DNA of 64,000 nucleotides from Proteromonas lacertae (Eukaryota): NCBI GenBank assembly GCA_002245135.1, contig NGBS01000594.1, positions 62,001 to 126,000 of the forward strand, read 5' to 3'. Shown piece by piece: positions 25,931 to 37,233 of this stretch (position 1 is its first letter; each line of letters starts with the position of its first letter). The notes under the pieces were generated by a model. It saw only the letters and a program-made list of their open reading frames with translations, ran no database searches and was not told where the DNA came from. The position numbers and the translations under genes were made by a program.

Positions 25931-27418
25931 ATGGAAATTAATACTACTGAGATATTGAAATTAACAGTTGCTACAGCAGAAGCTACTAGGTTATATTTTG
26001 TTATTAATATAATGTAGGACTTTTACTAAGTTCTTGGGAAGTCAACCAATTTACCCCCATGAAAAATGGAGCAATGAGGATGATGCTGTTGTGAGAGGAT
26101 TATACTCTCAACTTGGTGCATTTATTAATCAACTAAATACTAATCCTGCTGGAGTATATTTTGTATGTATTATACTTGCAATAGACTTGGAAACATTATG
26201 AAAAGGAGGAAAAGGAGGAAATAGAGGAAAAGGAGGAAATGGAGGAAAAGAAGGAAATGGAGGAAAAGGAGGAAATGGAGGAAAAGGAGGAAATGGAGGA
26301 AAAGGAGGAAAAGGAGGAAAGTGAAAAAGAGGAAAGTAAGAAAAGTCCTGAGGTATATTTGATTATTTATATATACATAGAAATGGATACTTGAAAAAGA
26401 GGAATTCCTCAAAGAACTTAAAGAAATCAGGGATGAAGATCTTGAAGAAAGTGATAAAGAGGATGAAAATAATGTAGGTCGGTATGAAGAATACATAAAG
26501 GAAAGAAAGGAAAAGTTGTCACAAATGAATGAAAAGGAAAGAAAAGAAAGGGAGGAAAACCTAAGAAACCATGAACAAGCAAGAAATAGACTTCAAAATA
26601 GACTTCAATATCTTAAAAAACATGCATCCATTATTGAACCTGATGATGATTTTGAAGATCCTCCACCAGAGCTTCCTCCAAAACCAAAGTCAGATCCTAT
26701 TAAAGAGGTGTTACAAAAAACATCAATACTGAATAAGTTTAATGTCAAAAAGATATCTAAATCCTCTCCTGAAACAATTCCTCCAAAGGATCTTAGCAAA
26801 TTGAAGAAAGTCAAAGAAGTTGTAAAAGAAATTGAAAAGGAGGATATTCCTCAGATTATAGTATCAGAAAGTGATACAGATTCAGATGATGAAAAAGTAA
26901 TTGTAGCAAAGAAGAGGCAAAGACCTCAGTCAGTAAAAAAGGAGGATGAAAAGAAAAAGCAGAGAAAGGTAGCTGAAATTCCTCCACCAGATCCTTCAAA
27001 GAGGTACACAGATTCAGAGTTGTTCGAGATGTTGTTGAACAAGAAGTGCAGTATTAATCAATGGTACGACAAAGGATCTTTAACAAAGTACATCAGCATC
27101 CTGTCCATCAACACCTGTAAGTACCTGAAGACAGAATTGATGAAATACAAGAAAAATCAAATGAACAAGGCTTACAAGAAATCAGCTCGAATGGATGAAT
27201 TACTCAAAGAGATGCATAAGTATAAAGAGCAGTACAATTCTAAAGATATCCAGAACTTCCCTGACAAAGCATCTTACAAGAAACAGTTTATAGATTCAAA
27301 AAAAGCCAAAGATGATTATGAAGATGAAATTAATGCAATACAACAGGATGTTAGCAAGGTTAAAGAAGGATTGAAGCCTATTGAAGACAGAATCAAGACA
27401 TTGGAAGGTGCACATTAA
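25931..27418 (+). CDS. Island ORF5, ~466-aa charged/coiled-coil protein with 3 tiny introns
   Basis: Introns 25990-26017, 26154-26184 and 26353-26380 keep one frame from ATG 25931 into the 26516 ORF. Confidence 0.75.
26200..26320 (+). repeat. 9-nt coding tandem repeat GAGGAAAWG (EEK/EEM)
   Basis: About 13 units read directly, inside exon 3 of island ORF5. Confidence 0.9.
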
Positions 27419-27538
27419 TTAGATGATAATGATAATTCCTCTTTATGAGATGACTTTTGTTTTTCCTCTTTTGATCTAAATACATAACTATAGTATAATA
27501 GACACTTCAAATCCTCTTCTATAACATTTTATAATATT

Positions 27539-27880
27539 CTAGTCTATACTATAGTCTAGTCCTCCACCCCGCCGGCATCCCCCCCCATCGGCCCCCCACA
27601 GGGGGGCTGGTCAGATAGACACATAAAAAATTATAATCCTCTAGTATGATACTATCATATTGGAGGAAGAATTTTTTATAATTCATCATTAGAGCTTTCA
27701 AATTTTTTCAATAATATTATGTTTAGGATAGAGGATTTTTCATTTGTCATCTTTTTTAATAAGAGGATTTTATAAAAATTATATTTCCTCTTTTAAAGAG
27801 GATCTAAAAAACCTCTTTCCTCTTTCAGAGAGGATCTAAAAATCCTCTTTTAGAAGAGGATCCTCTATAAAAGAGGATTT
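27539..27880. repeat. Cluster of inverted repeats/hairpins, including a GC-rich stem-loop
   Basis: CTAGTCTATACTATAGTCTAG (27539-27559); CGGCCCCCC-ACA-GGGGGGCTG (27589-27609); long stem ~27623-27679; TCCTC-N7-8-GAGGA units at 27786-27877. Confidence 0.85.
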
Positions 27881-28025
27881 CATGCATTTATATTATATTG
27901 TACTTTGATCCATATAATTGTTTAAACACTATTACGCGAGATATTTAGGATTATAATTTGAATGATAATCAAGTCAAGCCTAATTTAACCAATCAAAAGA
28001 GAGAATTTGAATAATTTTTGATGTA

Positions 28026-28075
28026 TAATTATACTAACACAATAATTATACTAACACAGTAATTATACTAACACA
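28026..28075. repeat. 17-nt tandem repeat TAATTATACTAACACA(R) x3
   Basis: Three direct copies read directly, just downstream of the stop of the minus-strand CRN-like gene. Confidence 0.85.
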
Positions 28076-28133
28076 CACACAATAACAATAACAGTAATAA
28101 TAATAACAATAATATTTTTATAATTCTATTCCT

Positions 28134-31100
28134 TTAAACTATTATCATATTATTTAAATGTTTTATATAATCAGATAATTCACAATAAGGTACACATATG
28201 GTATAATTTTTGTTTGCTAAAATTTCAGTCTGAAAATTATTACATTGATTAACACTCAGTTTATAAATCATTTCTGTAAAACAACTTGGATATTTTGTAA
28301 TGTTTCTATCTGTAACAATTGTAAAATTTACATGAGTTTGTGGACTAATAAAAAAGAAACCAAAAGTAAAATCTTTCTTATCAACAACATTCTTTTTAAA
28401 ATCTTCTTTTAAAACATTAATATCATAACCATTTTTAAACGTTTTATACAAAAAGTAAAGTGCCTCAGCTATCTCTGGAGCAAATGTATGGCTTGAACTA
28501 ATAGTAACTTGAATACCAAACGGACCATATAACATATCAATATCTGGAAAACTTAAATCATAACTTAATTCAGTTATTGGAATAGTATTATGTTTCTTAC
28601 ACACCTTAAACCTCCTTATTGCATTAGAAAATTCTGCTTCATTTTCCACTTTAATACTTTGATATTTTCTCTTTTCTATGAATTCTTTAAAATCCTCAGA
28701 TATTTTATCATTTAATAAACACATTCTACTTAATATATTATCACGGAAATATCCACATTCCTTTATTAAATATACAATTATTTTTTCGTATAAATATCCA
28801 GCAAATGCACCCTTTACGTTTGTATTTATCATATTAATCATTTTTATACATTCTTTATCATTATCAATTGAATAGAATAATTTATATACCATTCTTTCGA
28901 TTGCATCAGATTGAAAAATAAGACGATTGGAGAATGTAATATCATTTTCATCTGTATTATATATAAACAAATTATCATAATCTATAATTGCATTAGAAGG
29001 TTTATTTATTCCTCTAATCATTTCATTTATCATCCCCTCCATATTACTATCATTTTTATTCATTTTACTATTAATGATTACTTCTACATGATCATAACTT
29101 CCAATTACTCCTCCATATTTTGGATAACATTTATCAATCAATTCTAGATACATTTTATAATCCTCATCATTGAATTCATTTCTCTCTGTTTTTATCACTA
29201 ATTCTTTCTTATCAACAAAAAAATTGTAATCTTGATATTTATCATATTTTGGATCTTTCAATTCTTTTACTTTTTCTACTTCCTCTTTTGTAAATGGTGG
29301 AATATACATCACAAGTGGACATCTTTTACTTTGATATGTCTTAGATTTTATTGTAGATGGATTAGCTAATAATATTATCATTTTTGCATTAGAATAATCA
29401 TCTTCACCAATACACACTTCATCTGCAATTACTATTAATGGTTTTGAAAAATCTTCTGAATAATATTTTGTATTATATTTACATCGACCTTCTAAATAAT
29501 AAACATGAAGTATTCTAATACTATCATTATATATTTCATGCATTCTTTCTTTAATAACATCTGCTAATATTGACTTTCCAATCTTACTATGTCCAAATAT
29601 TAAATAATTTCTTTGATGTCTAAAGTTAAAATTATTTGGACAAATATATTCAAATATTTTATAATAACAATCTCTCATATAATATAATTCTCTACCTTTA
29701 AAAACTATTCTTTTCTCTTTACTGTCAATGTTCACAAGGGTTGTGGTATTGGTTTTACTAGAATCATCATTAGTATTAACTGCAACTATAGTTTTAGTTT
29801 TAATTACTGTAGAAGGTTGAGTTGCATTTATATGTATATCTCCTTCGTTTATCACTGCATATGTAAACTTATCATCTTTTCTAATGCCATATTCCTAAAT
29901 ATATTATATTATATTATATTATATATATATACTTTAAATGATTTTGACATTGTTTCTAAAGTTTCATCAAATACTTCATTATCATATAATATCTTTATAA
30001 ATACTCCTTCTATTATTAAATCAAAACAATTCTCTTCATTCAATATGTAACACACTGAATGATATCCATCCTTTGCACGATGTATAGGAATTTCTTTCTT
30101 TGTATTAATTATCAAATCAAAATCATTTCCTTCTATCTTTATCATTTCACGACTTAATTCATATGCTACTATTTGTTTCAATGCCATTCTTCTCATATCA
30201 TCATCAAAATCAACTGATGCATAATATTCCAATATATTTTGATATTCATCGTTGTTTTTAGGTGGATAAAATTTATAAACGATGTATCTTTCAACATCTT
30301 CTGAAATAAATCTCAAATATTTCTTTGGGGTTAATATAGCATGTTTCAAATATTTATTCCATTCATATTTCATGTCATATTTTAATATTATATTAGATAA
30401 TGGCTTTGATTCTAAGTTTTCACTTATCATATAATCAATGACAAAATCATTATAACCAGTTGTTCCTACTACACTTTCTATTAACTGTTGATAATATTTC
30501 CAATAATCTCTGTTTTTATAATTCTCTTTATATAAATAATCATAATATATATTTCTAGGGATATTCCCATATCTTTTACGAACTTCTTGGAATTCATCTG
30601 CTTTATAATCAAAATCTACACATGATTTAAACCATTCCTCAACTTCATCATCACTTAATGTATCGAAATACAATTTAGTATATTTTTTATTCTCGGTATA
30701 CTTTCTATAATTATCAGTATCAGGTGAGCTTATTGAAATAACATAATTTGACTTATCAAATTCACATTCACATGTATCAACTACTATAATTGAATCTATA
30801 ATTTCATCTAATTCTTCATTACATTTGATCATTTTATATTCACCATCTATTTTCTCAAATTTATATTTTTTATTCTCTCCTGCTTTTCCACCTTTCTTTC
30901 CTTTCACCATATAAATACCTTTTATTCTTTTAATAAAATCTTTTAGAATATCAATATTTAATCTGTCTTTAATTCTTTGTTCAACATCACCAGCAGGATT
31001 ATCATTAGTGTTTTTATTTCCTTTCTTGTTTTTAATATTTTCTTTTACTTTTTCTATTGCATCATTAACAACTTGTTCAATATTCGAGTCTTTTCTTAGA

Positions 31101-32074
31101 TCATTCATTTCATCATCAATGTTTCTTATCATCTCTTTTTTCTTTTCACAAGAGGTTGTTAGAGTATTAACAATATTTAAGTTGTTCAAAATTATTTTTG
31201 TATTAATATATCCTCTTAATATTTTATCTTCTAATATTATACCATTAACCTTCTCTTTCAATCTCATCAAATAATAAAACTCACCCATCTTTTCTGTCTT
31301 TATCAAATTTTGGATTTCTTCAACGTTATTACTATATTTTTCTCTGTAATGTTTTTTAATATTTGATCTTGTATTTGTATATTTTTCCTCGGGATGTTTT
31401 ATAGTTAATTCATAAACATTTCTTTTGTCATCATGTATAATTTCATACTCTTCATTTGCTGGTAGTATTATATTTATGTTAAAAATAAATTTGAATCTAC
31501 CTGGTATCCTCTGATAATATATATTAATTTCATCTGTATATGATTTTATTGTATTGTTTATATTTATTATTTCATTATCCATTCTCTCTCTCATTTTTAT
31601 TAGTTTTTCTATTTTTATAATCTTTTGAAATGATATTTTCTTTTCACATTCGTTTAAATAATGTAATTCAGTCTTTAATTCGATTTTCTCCAATTCTTCT
31701 TTGCTCATTGTATTTGATAAATTATACTTCAATAAGTAAAAAAACACAAAAATAAAGGAGGTTTTGCCTATACCTGGTTGACCTTCTATTACAATATTTA
31801 AGATGCTGTCACGTACTGACAGCATCTTCCAAATATCTCTGAACATTTCACAATAACAATCTCGGATGTAGATGTAATTCTTAGGGAATTGAAATACGTG
31901 TACATCATCATTTTGTATTTTTAAACATCCATTCTTTTCATCAAAGACTAAACTGTTTATGATCTTCATAAAACTATCTTCTTCTAAGGATATTCTTTCA
32001 AAGCTTAGAGCAACATCATTAATATCAGCAGATGCATCTCTCATACTCGTATGAATATTTCCATTTGAATTCAT
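28134..32074 (-). CDS. Crinkler/RHS-like protein (~1300 aa): tandem P-loop NTPase + REase-fold units
   Basis: Phase-0 intron 29895-29932 fuses the two ORFs. Unit 1: YIRDCY, GQPGIGKT, IIVVD, SSPD, YGNIPR. Unit 2: YMRDCY, GHSKIGKS, VIADE, YGGVIG, then GYLYEK..FPDIDMLYGPFGIQVTISSSH (CR-REase pattern). Confidence 0.8.
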
Positions 32075-32609
32075 TCTTGCTGTAAACTAGAAGAATTAAA
32101 AAAATACTCTCTCTAAATATAAATTAAATATTTTATACTCAATATAGTATATATAGCAGATCAGTAAAATAATAATGTGATGAAAGCAGTCTATATGAGA
32201 TTTATTTAAATTTGATTTAAAATGCCAAATCAAATCAAGCCATTCAAATCTATTTTGATTAAAGACATTTTTCTCTTGATTTAAAAGAAAATTAATTATG
32301 ATAATGTTTGGATAAGAACTATTCATCCCATTGTTTTTGTTAGTTAACTGTCTATAGTGGTTCTTCTCTACAATCGTATCTTGTTTAATTTAAAGTATTT
32401 AAATAAATTCAATGTATTTTTGATATGCAATTGAATGAAATTAAAAACAATACCCTATGATTTGTACATAGAATAACTCTTTATCAATATTAGTATAGAA
32501 GTGATGTGTATATTTAATTTATAGTTAGGAGGAATATATCAAAGTTAGAAAATACCGAAACGTGATGTTTAAATGCATAATAGATATAATCCTTAATTTT
32601 TAAATTTCT

Positions 32610-32957
32610 AAAAATATATTCGTTTTTCTAATTTTTGAATCTTGAAAATCTCTTTATATCATGTCTATTTTTTATAAGATAGATTATTGTGGAATTATTT
32701 CAATTGTTCTTCTTGCTGTTATTGATTCAGTATCTTATTTTATTGAGCCTTTTCATCCAGAATTCTTTGAAGGTGATGCAACAATATCTAGACCATACCA
32801 TGAAAGTACTGTTGGTGATGTAGAACTGTTTTTATATGCTATAATTCTACCACTGGTGGTTGTAATTTGTTTATCCTTGATAATCCTCCAAATAACAGAC
32901 AGAATAAAGTTACCAGTATATTATGGTTTTATATTGATTGATTATAGAGTTTACAAA
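32610..32957 (+). pseudogene. 5' fragment duplicate of the PAP2 gene (upstream region, exon 1, first intron)
   Basis: Near-identical to ~18319-18666. Similarity stops just after the first acceptor and all catalytic motifs are missing. Confidence 0.85.
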
Positions 32958-33398
32958 AATCAAAGGTTGGTTTATTATTGTTGCTCAACTTCATTTATTT
33001 GGAACTATCAAAACAAATCAAACCATAAGAATATAAAAGATGTAATATGGATAATGTTATCATAATAAAATTCATAACTACCACATTTGATTGAACATTA
33101 GTATGAATATATTTTAAAAACTCATTTTATTCATTAATACGAGTATGGAGAATGTATTAATGATTATATTTTACTTGATTCACAATATTTATATAAATCA
33201 TTAATTACTACACTTAGTGAATGTAAAACATAAACTACAATAACCAGACATAGCAAAATCATACTTCAATTGATAATATATTTCTTTTATGTAAAAAGAA
33301 ATGTATAACTGATGTGCAACGACTAAATATTTTGAAACATCAAACACGTTTGAAAGATGTTTTGCTCAAAGTCTTTTGTAGATGATGTAATATGCTCA

Positions 33399-36300
33399 AT
33401 GTTACCATCTTCTGCTAATGTAATTTGATTGATATATTTTTATAGATTGAAGAAAGAATAGAAAAAAGTAGTAGTGAAGTAGATTTAAAAATACATTACC
33501 TGGAAGAAATGAAGATAGTTAAAATATTTAACGTTGGTAAAATAAAAGAAAAAATGATATTAAAACTTTTAGAGAATAGCTGTTTATTGTTAAGTAGTAT
33601 TAAAGCGTTAAATTCTTCTTCTAAAATACATCAACTGAGTAATGATGGATATGTGATATTAGAAAGAGGTTATTACTTGAGAGACTTAGAAGAGATAATT
33701 CAGAGTAATTACTCAATAAGTGATGTTATTAGTGATATAATATGCTCAGTATGTAATATTTTAATTGTAATGAGCGATTGTAGTATAGAAGTTAGTAATT
33801 TAAAGAGTTCGAACATAGTATATGGAAAAGATGATAAAATGAAATTATGTGATTTATTCATCAATTATTTAAGAAGAGAAGAAGATATGAGAATATATGA
33901 TGTGTGCTTTACAAGCCCTGAAGAGTTGAATGGGTTAGAATGTAATGAGAGAAGTGTGATTTGGTCAATTGGCTGTATATTATATGAAATAATGAATAGG
34001 AAATTACCATTTAATGAAGATGATAATATGATGAAAACTATGAATAATATTATGAGATGTAAATACAATTGTGATGTAGAATGTGATGATATGATGAAAG
34101 AAATGATATTCAGAATGTTGAAAGTGAAGAATGAAGATAGAATGAGTATAAAAGAGTTGAAAACAGAAATGATAAAAATGAGTGAAATATTGAGAGATGA
34201 AGAAGATAATATAATGATATGTAATGAAAGAAAAGATATATTATATTATAATGATTACAATTCAATTATTACCTTACCAATAATATTTCCTCCAGAATAT
34301 TATCTTGAAATTGATAATGAAGATGATTTAGTAAAACTTTACAATAAAAAACCAAATGAAATAATACTCTCATCACTATTGAAAATGAATCTAGACAACG
34401 GTTATCATGGTTTTGATTATGAGAATATGATAGGAAAAGGATTGAAGTTTCAAGTATATCATGAGTGTAAAGAAAGTGGAAATGTATGTTGTTTAGATAA
34501 TATGGTATATGATTGTAATTGTGGTGAGAATGATGATAATACAATTAATGTATATGGTTGTTGCGTTTGTTTTTGTGAAGAAGGAATAGATTATTTCTTC
34601 AGAATATTGAAAGTAGTTAATCCAAAAACACTCAGATTTTGTATAATTCCAATTTATTTTTATTAATATAGATTATGAAAATTTTTACATTCCATTTAAA
34701 TATGAATCATTATTTGGTTCATATTTTTATCAGCTAACAAATCTACAAGAATTAGATTTATCAATGTGTAATGTTAATTCTGATTTTATTGAACAATTCG
34801 TTAAATCAATTCCATTCATGAAATTAAATAATCTAGATCTTTGTAATAATCCAATTGGTGTGAAAGGATTCAAATTATTACTTCCATATTTACAATTATT
34901 AATCAACAAACATAACAAATTGAATCTTTTTGATATGAGTTTAAATGATGAATCAATGATATTATTATCAGATGAATTATATAAATATCCAAATCTTCAA
35001 AAAATAGATATTCAAAACAACAATATTCATTTAAATGGATTAAAAGCTTTATTCTCCAAATTTCCTATTTCAAAAATAGAATTTAATATTACTGAAAGAA
35101 AAACAATGATGATTGAAAATGATGTTCCAGAATTAATTAATTATTTCAAAACTTTATATTATAACGAATTAAGTTTAGATGCTTTGGGAATTGATGATGA
35201 GTTTTTCAAATTATTCATTACTTTAAGATCAAAAGAATTTTGTGAAATAAAAAGACTTACTGTAAGAAGTATAATTTGGAATTTTTATATAATTTAGATA
35301 ATGAGCTAACACATAAAAGTGTAGAAATACTGATTAACAATTTATCTTCATTTTCAAATCTCAATCAAATTGAATTATATGGAAATGAGATAGGAGATGA
35401 AGGAATGAGAATCTTATCTCCACATATTCATTTATTAAAAGATTATAATATGATAAACTGTTCAAGTATAATTATTTTAATTTGTTATATAATAGAAATG
35501 GAATTATCATCAATCGGATTAAAATACTTAGTTGATGGTTTAAAGAATGTAAATAAAAAGATTGAAATACTTAGTATAAGTGATAATAAAATAGATACAG
35601 AAGGAATTGGATATTTAATGGATTATATGAAAGGAAATGATTGTATTAAAACTTTATTCATTCATGGTATATTATTGATTAGTATTTATGTTAAATAGAT
35701 AATCCAATTGGTAATGCTGGATTTAAGCTATTAATAGAGAATATAAAACTGCTTATAAATTATAACTATTTAGATTTAACCAATATCTCAATAGATGATG
35801 AAAGTGTGATATTATTAGCTGATAAGATAGATTCAATTTCTAATTGTAACAGAATAGATTTAAATGGAAATAATATCAGAATGAATGGATTAAAATTGAT
35901 TTGTTCCAAAACATTAGAAAAAGAAGAATATCCATTTATAGAAATTAAATGTTCATCATGGAGAAAAGAAGAATGTGAATATTATTTGGATTATTGTATT
36001 AAAAAGAAAAGAAAAGACAATAAAGACTATGATTTTTCCAGTATATTATTTGTGTTTATAATGAAATAGATTTAAATCTGAATGATTCTCATATTTCATT
36101 AATAAAACAGATTGATTATAAAGAACTTGATATATCCAATAACAAGATTAGTTGTAATGGATTGAAAGAATTAACAGATTCATTACCAAAAAGAGTAGAA
36201 TATATTTCCATATACAATAATCCAATTGGAGATGAAGGAGTTGATATTATATGTGACTATATTAGACAATTTATAGAATCTTTAAATTCATTAAATCTTT

Positions 36301-36661
36301 CAAGTATAATTTATAGAAATATATTATTATGATAATATTTATGATTTGAATAGATATAGGAATGAGTTTAAAAGGATTAAAGATGTTAATGGAAATGGAA
36401 ATATTAAATGATTATCTACCCTTGAGTAAGGTAAATCTATCAGGAAATGAATTAGATGAAAAAGAATTAAGGTTTATGATAGATAATGATAAGTTTTTTC
36501 GTTCTATGGATGAATTATCCATAACAGTTAAATATAATATTGATAAATCAGAATTGAAATTATTTTTAGAGATATATTCATTTATAGCAAGAATAGAATT
36601 GGATGGAGTTTCAGAAGAAGAAAAGAAAGAATTATCAAGAGAATATAATAATATTGAATAA
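33399..36661 (+). CDS. Pseudokinase + RI-type LRR protein, multi-exon
   Basis: VSNLKSSNI (HRD lost), KLCDLF, FTSPEE and IWSIGCILYE, followed by NPIGxxG/NEIGDEG LRRs with tiny introns. ATG at 33399. Confidence 0.85.
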
Positions 36662-37233
36662 ATATACGTTACTTTCGGCTTGAGTATGTTTGAGATTTAT
36701 TTTCTTATTTTTATATCATAGAAATAAATAACCATGTCTATATAAATTCTTATAAAATATACAATGCTATACAAAATGAGTTATTCAAATATTTTACGTT
36801 TTGACAGTAAAGATGTGTAAATAGTCTCTTAACAGTAAGAAGAATTATATAGTATTTTATAAGATAAATATAATATACAAGTAAATTAAATAGTATGGCA
36901 CAAATGTATAATTTTCATAATATAGAGATTAAGAGTATTGGCTACGATTACACTTATATACACATATAATTCAACCTCTAAAAATGGATATATCAAAAAT
37001 TGGTATTGACAATCATCCAAAAGTAGTCAGAAATTTATGATAGGTGATATTTTCAAAAGTATGAGATTTGTTTTCTTATCATGTAGTTTTCTTACTAAAA
37101 TACTATCTATTTTTGCTGTATATACACATTATGGAAGTATATTAGTCTTTATAACAATTGCAAATAAAAATGCTTAAAAGCCAGTTAAAGTAAGTGAAAA
37201 ATATAAATTAAGCTTGATTATCGTTTGAGGAAA

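Larger units (their letters stand above)
23455..27890 (+). mobile_element. Putative integrated virus-like or transposon-derived island (left end truncated)
   Basis: Five closely packed co-oriented orphan genes. GAGGA/TCCTC is strongly enriched relative to the flanks. There is a shared upstream motif, a hairpin cluster at the right end, and an abrupt junction into a host gene at the left. No transposase or capsid was recognised. Confidence 0.55.

Noticed and set aside
27539..27612. Helitron 3' end (GC hairpin + CTRR)
   Set aside because: CTGG and CTAG are nearby but the spacing is not canonical. The island signature continues ~280 nt further and no Rep/helicase is seen. Not excluded, but unsupported.
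24019..27997. TTTGATTGGTTAA / TTAACCAATCAAA inverted match as terminal inverted repeats
   Set aside because: Only 13 bp, the left copy is internal to the island, and similar CCAAT-box words occur elsewhere in the window.
27786..28075. Hairpin array and 17-nt repeats as a CRISPR array
   Set aside because: Units are too short, there are no unique 25-40 nt spacers and no cas genes, and the context is eukaryotic.
28026..28075. Triple TACTAAC as branch points
   Set aside because: It lies antisense to the adjacent gene, with no matching intron. The tiny introns here show no such consensus.
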